From the NCBI GenBank assembly GCA_034226945.1, contig CP120460.1, forward strand, positions 744,001-808,000: a stretch of DNA of 64,000 nt, in the 5' to 3' direction. Source of the stretch: Picochlorum sp. SENEW3 (taxonomy: Eukaryota). Of this stretch, positions 10,991-21,883 are shown piece after piece. The position numbers and the translations under genes were made by a program. How positions within the stretch are numbered: position 1 is the first letter of the stretch; each line of letters begins with the position of its first letter. Below the pieces are notes generated by a model that ran no database searches, was not told where the DNA came from, and saw only the letters and a list, made by a program, of their open reading frames with translations.

Positions 10991-12331
10991 CTACAGAGCC
11001 ATTTTGTCGAGATTACCTCTTGAAAATAAAGAGTCCACTCTGTGGTGTAATATAATCATCGGCAGGATTGATCCAGCAGGAATCTCTCCCTTCTTTTGAG
11101 GAACAACGAGGAGCCCATTTGCCTCGCGGAAACTCATAATTCTGGATGAGATCTGAGACCCATCGACAGGGTATGCCACAAGAGTGCCATTCGCATCTGA
11201 TGATGGCTCAAACACCACATGCACTCTTCTATATTCCACTCTAACAGGATCCATGGTGATTGGAAATGTGGTTTTAGCATGTGCCCGCAGTAATAGATCA
11301 TGATCAGGGTACCCGCCCATTCTGCGTATGCAGGGAGATACCAGTAAATGGAATGTCGTCAGAGCACTCACTGGGTTTCCTGGCAAGCCAAACACGACAG
11401 TATCACGTGTATTATCGTGAGATATGGTGGCAAACGTGCACGGCTTGCCCGGTTTCATCCTAATTTTCCCGAAATGAATGGTCCCACGTCGTTCCAAGAG
11501 TGGCTTTATGAAATCCTTGGTGCCCATGGACACGCCCCCAGTGGTGATGATAATGTCGGCACCCAAGGACATGGCTTCATCAAGAGCCTTCTCTATATTT
11601 TCTTCAGTATCTCGCGCAATACCCATATCCAAAGCTCGTGCCCCAGAGGCAGAGACGGCAGAGACAAGCATGGCCCTATTGGCATCGCGAACCTTTCCTC
11701 TGGGCAAACTCTCAATCGTCGGTTCCTCTACTTCGTCTCCGGTGGACATAATAGCTACAGTGGGTTTCCTATACACTGGAACTTCCCTCACACCCACCGT
11801 TGCCAGCATCGCAATCTCGCCAGCCCCAATGTATTCACCCTTCTGCATAACCACCTCTCCAGGACGCATATCAGAGCCCACCTCACGAATATCCTCTCCC
11901 GATTTCACCTCTCGAAGTATCTCTACAATACTATCATCACCCTCAACAGCATCTGTCATCTTCGTATCTTCGATCTGCACGACAGCATCAGCCCCATCAG
12001 GTACAGGTCCCCCAGTTCCAATATATGCAACCTGCCCAGGACAGAGCACTGCATTCGCATCTCCCCCCGCATGCGCTTCAAACACAACTGGATATCTTCC
12101 CGGACCATCTCCAGCAACCACAGCATACCCATCCTTGATGGACGCCCGAAACGCTGGCACAGGTTCCACTGCGACAACGTCGTCACCAATAACGTGTCCT
12201 TGTGCTGCATCCAAACTCACAGATTGAACATCCAATGGAATAGAAACAGTGTTTAGAACCGTTTTAAAAGCCTCTTCGACAGAGATCATGGGAAATGATG
12301 CAGAAGGCGTTTTGGGAGTGACAATGACCAT
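10991..12331 (-). CDS. CNX1E: Molybdopterin molybdenumtransferase (MoeA / CNX1 E-domain)
   Basis: PAFRASIKDGYA, IGTGGPVPDGADAVVQIE, STGDEV, TTGGVSMG, MKPGKP, GLPGNPVS, QISSRIMS. Confidence 0.93.
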   Translation of the reverse strand: MVIVTPKTPSASFPMISVEEAFKTVLNTVSIPLDVQSVSLDAAQGHVIGDDVVAVEPVPAFRASIKDGYAVVAGDGPGRYPVVFEAHAGGDANAVLCPGQVAYIGTGGPVPDGADAVVQIEDTKMTDAVEGDDSIVEILREVKSGEDIREVGSDMRPGEVVMQKGEYIGAGEIAMLATVGVREVPVYRKPTVAIMSTGDEVEEPTIESLPRGKVRDANRAMLVSAVSASGARALDMGIARDTEENIEKALDEAMSLGADIIITTGGVSMGTKDFIKPLLERRGTIHFGKIRMKPGKPCTFATISHDNTRDTVVFGLPGNPVSALTTFHLLVSPCIRRMGGYPDHDLLLRAHAKTTFPITMDPVRVEYRRVHVVFEPSSDANGTLVAYPVDGSQISSRIMSFREANGLLVVPQKKGEIPAGSILPMIILHHRVDSLFSRGNLDKMAL

Positions 12332-12599
12332 GACGATACTCTTGTTGGCTGATGTCCTACCACAAACTTTTATACCGTATGTTTCGAAAATATATATAGG
12401 AATCGATTGAGATTGGTTTCACCAGGCATACAAACAAATAATCAGTTTTGAACCCATACGGGTTTTGACAACCCTTTGACTCAGATGCACATGAGACTCA
12501 GATAATCCGAGTCCAGACTCAAATAATGTGAGCAGGGTTGATTATTGCCCATGACAGGATAACAATGACCCGGGATGATCTTCACTTTGAGTGCAGGAC

Positions 12600-12624
12600 T
12601 ATATATATATATATATATATATAT
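12600..12624. repeat. (TA)n microsatellite
   Basis: Seen directly. Confidence 0.9.
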
Positions 12625-12885
12625 CTGCATTATTTTGACTGCATGTTGACTGCAATGATGATTCCCCAGGACCAACAACAACAAGTGTTTAGATTGTATA
12701 TTACCTTTCCATCAAGCAGAAAAGAGTATGAATATCAAATGGGAATAGTACATGCATTCTTTTCATTTGAGATTGATTCGTCTCCAGAATATATGGAATC
12801 CAGAGTCTCTTTTGCGAAGATTTAGCAAGCACTCTGGATGCTTGAGAACATGGCCAGGGGGGATTTCCTTTGATGCCAATTTCTT

Positions 12886-14757
12886 TCAGCCATGTCTGTG
12901 CCCGTAATGAAGACGGGTGAAAATTGATATCTTTTGATCATCACTGGTGTGATCAAATACATACCTCTGCTTTAATGTCACCCGACTTTGGCCATCGTTG
13001 TTGTTCATGTTGGACCATTGGACAGAAGTGACAATTGACATGTGTGGCACACGGTGCAATTTCTTGCAATGCGCACGAATGTCGCCTTCTGTCAGATTCA
13101 TTTGATCTATACCATTGAAGAAGAAAAAGAAACGTTTACGGAAGCACTGATAAGATGGCAGACCATTCTCCCATGCTTCTTCACACCTTGGCAAGGAGTT
13201 GACAAAGACAGGTCCATCTAACACATACTGGAAGAGATTTTCGGCAGTCAAAAAATCACCCCCTGGCAGATCAAATTTCTGCCACTCATGTCTCATAACC
13301 TCTAGGAGGGAACGGCCGAATATGACCTTCTCTGCGATACGCTCTGTCATTTGCAAGTAGGACTGTGCATCCCTACACTGTTGCTGTTCGTGTAGAAAGG
13401 TGCGTATCTGCATATGATCATCCCTGATCCCACTGAGAACGTAATCCCACGTTATTGAGTACTTTTCGCTTAGTTTGGATGCTCTGTCGCGTGCTTCTCC
13501 TTGTGTGTGCTCTGGTATAAACGGTCCATGCACATGCCCCTCCCCCTGTCTGGCAGCATTGAATGCATACAGGATCACAGAGATATCCAAGACATCCGCG
13601 TCGTCGAATCCTCTTTGCATCCACATTTCCTGGACAGATATTGCACGATCAATCATATCTGATACTATGTATGCACTTGCCTCTGTGAGTCCTATGACAC
13701 CATGCCTGCTCTCCAGCTCTTGCATCATTCTTCGTGATGCAATTGCACGCTCCATAAGAGAATTCGCTTTTCGTATAGATTCTTCTCCATTATTCTGTAC
13801 ATATGCCAGGCGAGCATATGAGTGTGGATATATCTTGGCGAACTCTGGTGGCTGTTCATGCAGGAGGTTCAATCCTGACCATCCTTCCTGGTCCCATATT
13901 TCACTGATCTGTGCCATGGAATTTTGTATCTGCACCCGCATCGTATCCTCCGTGCGAATTGCATCGATTATTTCTTGCCTTGTATTGATAGATTCCATAA
14001 CGGTAGCCATCTTGCCCTCGTCAAACAAGAGCGAGGCAACATACAAGACGAAACTGGGCCTGTACAAGTCCACCCATTGATACCAAACCCCCGTGCGAAT
14101 CCTAGAGGCCTTGAATTTTATCTCAGAAATAATGGACTGAGGCAAGTTGAATGGTTTGCCCACCATTCGCCGTTTGTGCATGCTATAGCATGCATCTGTG
14201 GAAGCCAAAATATGTTCAATCCATAAAGGATGCCTGCCATCATCAATCATACCCTCACACGCTATTCTTTTGATCTTGTTGAGGCGCTCCATCTTGACTT
14301 GCTCTACTACCTTGCGGTATAAACTTGCAGGGATTGTGACAGTCGGTCCAAGACGATCCAGCAATGCTGCTTTATTGCCACTAGTTGATACCCCAGCAGT
14401 CCTACATAATGCCTTCAATTGCGCGACTGTCCTCTTTTCATCTTCTTGCAAGAACTCATCTAGAGAATAGCCGCAGTGATGCATCAGATGGCTGCGAATT
14501 TGTGCCGTCCCCACCAGTCCAAGTCTCTGCAGCTGCAGCAATGTCTGAACATGGTCTATTATATCTCTCCCTGAAACCTGCTCTGATTCCTGGCTTGACA
14601 TCGGCAGATGTCTCATAATATCTTCCCCGACGGCATTAAAAACATCGAACGCCGTATGTGGAAGCCGACCAGTGCTCGCAAGAGCACCCTCCTCCTGCTT
14701 GTGCCGCTTCCTCGAGCGCGACTCGACGTAGTCTTGCAACCGTATGCTCCTTTGCAT
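12886..14757 (-). CDS. SAP-domain-containing protein, otherwise unrecognised
   Basis: TVAQLKALCRTAGVSTSGNKAALLDRL fits the SAP consensus. Basic N-terminal NLS-like RSRKRHK. First ATG is at 14757. Confidence 0.7.
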   Translation of the reverse strand: MQRSIRLQDYVESRSRKRHKQEEGALASTGRLPHTAFDVFNAVGEDIMRHLPMSSQESEQVSGRDIIDHVQTLLQLQRLGLVGTAQIRSHLMHHCGYSLDEFLQEDEKRTVAQLKALCRTAGVSTSGNKAALLDRLGPTVTIPASLYRKVVEQVKMERLNKIKRIACEGMIDDGRHPLWIEHILASTDACYSMHKRRMVGKPFNLPQSIISEIKFKASRIRTGVWYQWVDLYRPSFVLYVASLLFDEGKMATVMESINTRQEIIDAIRTEDTMRVQIQNSMAQISEIWDQEGWSGLNLLHEQPPEFAKIYPHSYARLAYVQNNGEESIRKANSLMERAIASRRMMQELESRHGVIGLTEASAYIVSDMIDRAISVQEMWMQRGFDDADVLDISVILYAFNAARQGEGHVHGPFIPEHTQGEARDRASKLSEKYSITWDYVLSGIRDDHMQIRTFLHEQQQCRDAQSYLQMTERIAEKVIFGRSLLEVMRHEWQKFDLPGGDFLTAENLFQYVLDGPVFVNSLPRCEEAWENGLPSYQCFRKRFFFFFNGIDQMNLTEGDIRAHCKKLHRVPHMSIVTSVQWSNMNNNDGQSRVTLKQRYVFDHTSDDQKISIFTRLHYGHRHG

Positions 14758-15753
14758 TATACCCAAGCACGCCCTATAATCATATACACGTATTATTTGT
14801 ACCTCGATACTATGTATTCAATGCTAACAGATAGTATCGCTCTGTCTGTGTGAAAAACACTCGCCCAGAGACAGTTGCAGTTGAAATCCCTCGTTTGAAC
14901 TGTGCTTGATCTTCAATCCTTCCAAGAGTCTAAGAGCGCTACAATCGCTATTAAATAGACTTTAATTGACTATGAATTCCAATAAATCCCCCACGGAGCG
15001 CTATACGAATTGACAGCTCTGGGTGTCGGATTCCTCAGTTCGCTGGTCAACGGTACGCTGTCTATAGCCAATTGTGACCTGATTTATGCTGATCCTTACA
15101 CAATGGTATAACATATATATTTTTAGATATGATACAAGGACAAGGACGGTGTAAAAATACCATTCATCACACGGGATGGTATGCTCATGCACCAACCTCG
15201 CCTCGACATGCTGACCGGTACAGGTCGGTGCCCGATGGGGCACTCGAGTGCCACGTCCAAGGCTCATGAGCAACGTGTTTGCTGTCCTATTCCATGACGT
15301 AGAGCGTAGTATAGCATGGTTTACCACTGCTGATAGCTGGGAGTGATCAGAATAATGTGGTGGTCGGGATCAGATCCAGGTGATTGATGCATCTCTGCAG
15401 GCGAATGTGCCAGCTTTAAAGCCGTGCATCACCATATGCATATGATCTTGCAATTGCAAGGTGGTGGCCGTTGCTTTCGTCCTTGACAATCTAAGGACGT
15501 CATTTGGCTAGTAGATCATTCCTTTGCATAGAACCATGGTATAATTATTAAAATTTTTACTACATCATTCTTCTCAGATTCGTTGAACGTTAGATGCATC
15601 GATCAGTGGAACCTGAACGGACGTCCGTCACTGGGCTCAGTGTCTTTCCCCTGATACTCACACACGCAGCATGCTGCGTAAAAGGATATAAAGACCATGA
15701 CTTTATCATTTGATATTTTAATTGTCTAGTTCCGTGGCGAAAATAGGAGCGGT

Positions 15754-17580
15754 ATGGCCAGGCACGCGTCAGCAACTGACGTTGGTGGCGAACTACCTGC
15801 TGTGGTTCAACAACTCGTCGAAGGGAGAGCGAATGGGACGGCAAAGGATATAAAAGTTAGAAAATTAGTTCATTCGAATCAGAATAGCAAGCATTGGACT
15901 CGGAGCAGGATCGCCGGGGTTGTTTTGGTAGTCTTGTTGATTCATGTGGCTGGGTCGTCGTATTTGGCTCCGCGGATCGTATCTAGGATTGAAGGAGAGG
16001 ATGGAAGTGAATCACTGTTTCAAATGAAGTACAAGACGAGTGCAAAAGGGGTAGGGCGCTCTTCTTCTGAAGGTGGAATTGTGTCTCGTTTGTTGTCAGA
16101 AACTGCCAGCACGTTGCATATGCACCATTTGTTCGAGTCTTCCAACTCGCGGGCTGCGCTCCTTGGCGAAGATATTGAGAAGGTGTTGAGGATTAGAGAC
16201 GGTCTGAAGAATCCGTTGAATAGTTTCCCAAAGAGCGGTGCTGACCTTGTGGCCGAGCACAATCTTCATGTGCATACAGCTCCTCCATTGATTACGTTGC
16301 ACGAGGAGAAATGCCGAGATACTGAGATGAAAGTAACCGATAAAGGATTGAAGATTTCTTCCAGACGATGGGTGAAAAAGTATGGAGAGCAGGTTGTGCG
16401 ATACAAATGGTGCAGAGGTGGTCTGGCATCCGAAGTTCCAGAGTTGGAGAGGGTTTTAATCCTGAGGAGCAGGAAAGAAATGCCCAAACGGGCTGTGACA
16501 ATTGTTACTCAACTTTCTGTTGAACGTTTGTCCATGTTGGAACAACAATGTGCGCATTGGCCTCATCCAATTTCGGCTGTGGTGTATATACCTTTGGTGA
16601 AGGGAAGAATATCGAGTACAGAGGATGATGAGTGGAATGGCAGTGGACTTGATCTTGGTATTCAGGCGGTCAAACAATCGGCTGAGCGCATGCAAAACTC
16701 TCGATGCTTGATTGACATAGAATTAGTGGTGGAAGAGCGATGCACTTTTGAGCAGGCTACGTTGTATCCAACAAATGCTGTGAGGAACAGGGCATTACTC
16801 ATGTCTAGAAGCGACATTGTTCTTCTGCTGGACGTCGACTTCGTCGTTGATTTATCACTCGCGCTTGATTTAGAGAACGATAAACGACATAGTGAGCTGA
16901 CGGATATGCTCGAGTCCGGCGTGGCAGTAGTCTTGCCTGCTTTTGAGGCATGGGACCAAGAGGAGCGAGGGAAGAAGATTGCCTTGACGGCAGTCCAGGA
17001 AGGGAAAAAGTATATTTCGAAAAAGTTTATGTACAACATAGTGATGGGATTTCATATGGCACATTATCCACAGGGGCATGAGCCGACATTGTTCTGGAAG
17101 TGGATAAACACGACAGAGCCATATGGGATCAAGCATGAGGTTGGGTTTGAACCATATATACTCATGCTGAAGAAGCATGTTCCATACTATGATGAACGAT
17201 TTAGAGGATATTATTTCAACAAGGTGGAGCAACTGATGCATATATCCACTCAGTTTGAGCTCCCTTTCGTGGTTCATCCTTCATCATTTGTTGTGCATGT
17301 CCCACATCCCAAAGCCAAGACAAAATGGAGAACAAAACGTTCAGGACAGAAGGAAAGGAACCATGCCATGTTTCTAGATGCCCTCGAAGATATTAAAAAG
17401 CATCGGTTTGTTCCAGTGACCAGCTTTCCTCACCTATGCCTGCCTCCAGACGTGCAAATGGCGCTTGCCGAGTCCATTGAGAAGAGCAAGCAGAGCCAAG
17501 GCGCGGAAGAGCAGATTAGCATGCTCCGGAAGATGGCACGAGTCGTACAACCACCACAGGTGCTGGAAAGCGCTGTTTAA
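15754..17580 (+). CDS. Glycosyltransferase family 49 (LARGE/B4GAT1-like), type II membrane protein
   Basis: TM anchor, VTIVTQLSVERL, YPTNAVRNRA, LLLDVDF (DXD), VVLPAFE, FEPYIL, YDERFRGY.FNK, FVVHVPH. Confidence 0.88.
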   Translation: MARHASATDVGGELPAVVQQLVEGRANGTAKDIKVRKLVHSNQNSKHWTRSRIAGVVLVVLLIHVAGSSYLAPRIVSRIEGEDGSESLFQMKYKTSAKGVGRSSSEGGIVSRLLSETASTLHMHHLFESSNSRAALLGEDIEKVLRIRDGLKNPLNSFPKSGADLVAEHNLHVHTAPPLITLHEEKCRDTEMKVTDKGLKISSRRWVKKYGEQVVRYKWCRGGLASEVPELERVLILRSRKEMPKRAVTIVTQLSVERLSMLEQQCAHWPHPISAVVYIPLVKGRISSTEDDEWNGSGLDLGIQAVKQSAERMQNSRCLIDIELVVEERCTFEQATLYPTNAVRNRALLMSRSDIVLLLDVDFVVDLSLALDLENDKRHSELTDMLESGVAVVLPAFEAWDQEERGKKIALTAVQEGKKYISKKFMYNIVMGFHMAHYPQGHEPTLFWKWINTTEPYGIKHEVGFEPYILMLKKHVPYYDERFRGYYFNKVEQLMHISTQFELPFVVHPSSFVVHVPHPKAKTKWRTKRSGQKERNHAMFLDALEDIKKHRFVPVTSFPHLCLPPDVQMALAESIEKSKQSQGAEEQISMLRKMARVVQPPQVLESAV

Positions 17581-17707
17581 TTTATTTATGAAGATGTTTT
17601 TTGTAATGAACATGTAAAGTATGCCTTTATTGGCCCTCGATAGATGGGTTTTCAACGTGAGCTGGCTGTTCATGAACTGCTGGTAGCAAAGCTCTGAACT
17701 CATTCGA

Positions 17708-19024
17708 ATGCTGGGAATTACAAGATCCAGAGGATGGATTCTATTGATATTATTTATTATTTTTATTTCAGTACTAATTGCATTGCAAACAAATCGACAC
17801 GGAGTTCAACAAGCAACGAAGGTTTTGCTTCAAAAGTTTGGGGAACCAGCCAGCCGACAAGATGCTGCAAGAAGCACACAGAGGCCGCGAGCAGTGCTTC
17901 ATTTTGGACCACATAAAACAGGTAGCTCCAGTCTGCAGTGGAAGCTTTGTGAGAAGAGGGCAGAGCTGGAACAAGCAGGATGGATCTATCCAATTTGTCC
18001 AGCCTGCAATAGATCAATTGCTGCTGGTGGGAGTTCCTGCATCTCAAAATCATTCGCAGGTTTAGCATTTCAGTTGCAAGGAGTTGATCGTAGCATATTC
18101 AAGTGCAGCGAGGACGAGCTTCAATGCCTACAGGATGTTCTGAAGACCCACCCAGGTCAAAATATCATCCTAAGTTCTGAAGAGTTCTCCAGGGTATCGT
18201 TTGATGGCCTGAAGACATTATATACAGCTCTCGAAGACTATGATATATCAGTAGTTTTATTTTGGAGAAATAAAGCAGACATTGCTAAGAGTCTCTACAC
18301 AGAACTGTATTACAGGAATATTCCATGGAAAACATTTGAAGAGCAGCTTCTGGACTCCATTGGCGGCACAATGACTCAAATGCCTTCTCAGATGTGTCCC
18401 AATATTCAGACTGTACTCGATGTGTTTGGAGACAACTCGCAAAACAATGTACAGTTGATTTCATTTGATGGACTTGTGGAGATGTGTCAGCATCCCTTTG
18501 ATTTCCTTGCAGAAACGATTCTTGACATTCCCATACAAGTGCCGGATGATTCGACACAGGCAAAAGACGAGGGTACCAAGCGACGCGTATTGGCGGGCCG
18601 GGCCGTGATTCATAACAAACGTGTTGACCTTGTAACCGAGGCACTGAAGAATCAAATCATCAAGTATTACCATATTATAGGGAAGGATGTCAAAAAATTC
18701 TGTCCGCAAAGTGTCTTTCAGGTTGCTCAAGAGTTTAGAGATGAGATAAAGCCACCATTACGCTGCCATAATTTGAGCAGAGTGTTTGAAAACTTGGATG
18801 AGAATGACTTGGCATGTGTTCGTGCGTTCAACCATGCAAAGAGTATGGCAATGCATGCAATCAAATTCCATGCATTTGGCGAAAACTTTGATACTCTTCC
18901 GCTGCGTGAAGGAAGTGGAGAATTTTGTCTCGTGAGTGATGCGTCCTTGAAGGAGCACTGGCATACCTGGTTTGCCCAAGTACCACTAAGGAGACTCACA
19001 GATTGTCCTCCCAGGAAACCTTGA
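17708..19024 (+). CDS. Type II membrane sulfotransferase-like protein
   Basis: N-terminal TM, LHFGPHKTGSSSLQ (5'-PAPS-binding-like loop), ILSSEEFS, VVLFWRN...SLY (3'-PB-like). Confidence 0.65.
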   Translation: MLGITRSRGWILLILFIIFISVLIALQTNRHGVQQATKVLLQKFGEPASRQDAARSTQRPRAVLHFGPHKTGSSSLQWKLCEKRAELEQAGWIYPICPACNRSIAAGGSSCISKSFAGLAFQLQGVDRSIFKCSEDELQCLQDVLKTHPGQNIILSSEEFSRVSFDGLKTLYTALEDYDISVVLFWRNKADIAKSLYTELYYRNIPWKTFEEQLLDSIGGTMTQMPSQMCPNIQTVLDVFGDNSQNNVQLISFDGLVEMCQHPFDFLAETILDIPIQVPDDSTQAKDEGTKRRVLAGRAVIHNKRVDLVTEALKNQIIKYYHIIGKDVKKFCPQSVFQVAQEFRDEIKPPLRCHNLSRVFENLDENDLACVRAFNHAKSMAMHAIKFHAFGENFDTLPLREGSGEFCLVSDASLKEHWHTWFAQVPLRRLTDCPPRKP

Positions 19025-19153
19025 TGTGATTGTGCATTGTACCGCTCTATTCATTCCTTACATAGAAAAATGACATGGTTTCTTCATCGACACTCATATA
19101 GAAGCTAGATTGAAAATTCAAATCCAAAATAGTTGAAAAAACAAATTCACTCA

Positions 19154-20845
19154 TCAAGAACCGAAAATTTTGTATGTCGAAAATCCTACCACAATGGTCC
19201 TCACAGCTCCAATCGCTGCCACGAGAGTGATCAACACATATGTCCACCACAGAAAAGCAAGGAGTATATCGAAACCTCTGGAAGTCCTAAATGTCTTCTG
19301 GAACATTTTGAATGGAAAATGTATTGTCAAGGGAAAATAATTCACTGTTCCAATCAACCCTACAAAAGCACCAAAGAAGGGCATAATGCAGGCAATTAAA
19401 ATCTGAAGCAATACAACAGTACATCGAACAATAGCGCGTTGCCAAAAAGCAAGTATGGCGCCCTCCTTTGTGGCACACACGGTCTCATTTGCAAAACCAC
19501 TTCTCAGCATCCTTGGTGCCGTTGCATACTGGATAAGAGCGCTACTATTCAAGCTGAGGAACTCATTCCAGCTCATTTGACTGGTCGAGGATCCTCGTTC
19601 GCCCTGTAACGGATGATGTGCTGCCTTCAGACCAGATACTGTTTGCTCGCATGGACAATCAAAGCCATACACAGATGGCCTGGGTTCCATCATTCCATCA
19701 TCAATCCCCTGTTCACCTTCTTTACGACCGAATCCATGTCTTGACTCCTCATCATTGTCTTTCTGTTTCAAAGTATCTGGTTTCCTGTTTCGTCTCAACT
19801 CTCTCTTCAAAACCCAATCCTTTATGTTTGATTCTACCGTCTCAAACAGTGCTTGAGCGAATATCTGAAAGCTGGCGAGCATATTCAACAATAAGGCGCA
19901 ATATGCAAGAAGCAAAGCCCAACGAGGAGAAGTAAAAGAGTCCAGGATTACTGGAGTAACCTCATTTCCTTTTGCAGCATATCCTGAGGTACCCACTAAA
20001 ATGTAGAGCAAAAAGCAGGTTGATAGACTATACGCAAGCGACTTGTGCGCCTGCTTCGTCGGACTTGGCGGCTGTGCAAGTGTATCTTGAACCTCCAACA
20101 AGATCAAACTGACACCGAAGGCGCTCCCAAGCTGCCCCAAGGCATTGAAGATGCCAAAAATTTTGTTGGCTGCCGAGGTGGATATTCCACCTAATGAACC
20201 AGCACCCTCTGTAACATTGCAAAATGATACAATCATGGCCACCAAACTATAAATTACAGCGCAAACAGTCCCCACAGTAGACCCGATCGCATTCTCTGAA
20301 AATTCTGAAATGCATAGTGACAGAAGTATCTCTGTGGCTCCGAAAATCAATATGCCCTGCCAAGTGCCCCCTCGCTCCGCCCCGAGGCAAGATTGATCAA
20401 AAGGAATTAAGTCTGGATCCTTTCCTTGTATCAAACAGGAAAATTTCGCAATCTGCTGAATCGACAACCCTCCTGTTATGGCAAAGGCTATATTGACAAG
20501 AAAGAACATGGCCAACTGCACACTGGACAATACAATGGCCTCCTTCCTTCCCAATATATCACGAACCGCATAATGATACTTTGAGTGAATCCTATCGCCA
20601 ACAAGATATATAGATGCCAACATGGAGCAAGCCAGAAGAGTCACCAGGAAGAATACAAACAACAGCAAAGGCCCAGCAATCCACCCAAGGTATGATATCG
20701 CAGAAGGCAACGCCAGCACCCCGATACCAATAATGGCACATATAATGTGCATGGAAGACGAGAAGACGTTCCCATATTTGTTTTCCGTGGGCAGATAGTT
20801 TGAGATTTCAGTCCCCCAGTCGAGCTTTGCTTGCCCACTAGACAT
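19154..20845 (-). CDS. Amino acid permease (AAAP/Aa_trans family)
   Basis: HIICAIIGIGVLALP..LGWIAG, FNALG..FG..ILLEVQDTL, MPFFGAFVGLIG...FPL, and multiple TM helices. Confidence 0.9.
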   Translation of the reverse strand: MSSGQAKLDWGTEISNYLPTENKYGNVFSSSMHIICAIIGIGVLALPSAISYLGWIAGPLLLFVFFLVTLLACSMLASIYLVGDRIHSKYHYAVRDILGRKEAIVLSSVQLAMFFLVNIAFAITGGLSIQQIAKFSCLIQGKDPDLIPFDQSCLGAERGGTWQGILIFGATEILLSLCISEFSENAIGSTVGTVCAVIYSLVAMIVSFCNVTEGAGSLGGISTSAANKIFGIFNALGQLGSAFGVSLILLEVQDTLAQPPSPTKQAHKSLAYSLSTCFLLYILVGTSGYAAKGNEVTPVILDSFTSPRWALLLAYCALLLNMLASFQIFAQALFETVESNIKDWVLKRELRRNRKPDTLKQKDNDEESRHGFGRKEGEQGIDDGMMEPRPSVYGFDCPCEQTVSGLKAAHHPLQGERGSSTSQMSWNEFLSLNSSALIQYATAPRMLRSGFANETVCATKEGAILAFWQRAIVRCTVVLLQILIACIMPFFGAFVGLIGTVNYFPLTIHFPFKMFQKTFRTSRGFDILLAFLWWTYVLITLVAAIGAVRTIVVGFSTYKIFGS

Positions 20846-20981
20846 GGCGACCTTTTCTCATAAGAATACACATACAGAATGGTGTACGATTTCAAAATAT
20901 TTTGGGTTATCGGCGGTGCGCAGCAGATACAATGAGATTCGACCCAGCCGCAATCCATGGATTTGCGGTATATCGGGCGCC

Positions 20982-21186
20982 GACAAGACCCAACCATGCT
21001 AGCATGCTGACTGCCGACAGCACACACACACAAGAATCCTTGCAATAGGAATAAAATGAGGTGCGCTCACTCAGCATCAGAATCTTGCATTTCATCAAAT
21101 CTATACTCCTCTACCATATTGTTCGCATCCGCAACCTTATGCCACGCTTTGCAATGCTCACATTGAACAATCACCATGCCTTTTTC
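20982..21186 (-). repeat. ~200-bp direct-repeat copy of 25546-25742 (3' end and 3' UTR of the DNL zinc-finger gene); gene fragment
   Basis: Near-identical sequence GACAAGACCCAACC...CATGCCTTTTTC at both sites, with only a few substitutions and small indels. Confidence 0.95.
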
Positions 21187-21883
21187 GCACGCAATTTGAG
21201 CAGGAGGGGATAGATTGGTGCCTGTATCTGCCTGTGGCTGAGGCTAGAGGGTCCAATACTCGCCTTGGTAGAGAGGTGTAGCGGTTGTAGTGATCACGAA
21301 AATGAAATACCTCCGCTTCATCGATGCCATGCGAATTTGGGTCGACGTTTTTCTGAGCATTGTAGCTCATCACGAATCAATACTGATATCGGCAACCGAT
21401 GCGGACCACGCTCACAATGCTCTGTCTCGTGTACGTATATGTATACAAGTAAAATTTAAATCGAAGGCAAATCAGTGAACGTATATGAATATATATATGA
21501 CAGAGGATGGATGAGGTCCGACTGGGAATGAGAGTAATTCCTGATTAGAATAGTATCATACAACATGCCGTGTCATCCAGCAAAGAAGAAGATTCTTTCG
21601 CTCGGATACCAACAGATATATCTGATCTCTCATAGATCTCCCATAGATCTCGAGACGAACCGATTCGTACGCGTACGCGTACGCGTACCAGTACGTGCCT
21701 ATTTAGGGCGGCCGCGTCCGCGTCCGCGTGCAACCTAGTAGTACTGCGCCAACCTTGCAATTGCAAGCATGCTTCATTCTTGCAACAAGCCTGACGCTGG
21801 TTGCAACAACAATATGGGAAATTCTTTTTAAATTCCACGATATTATTATTTCTTTCTATTATTCTTTTAATTGATGAAGAACG

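Noticed and set aside
11348..12256. Long + strand ORFs (302 and 249 aa)
   Set aside because: Antisense shadows of the well-supported CNX1E gene, with no motifs.
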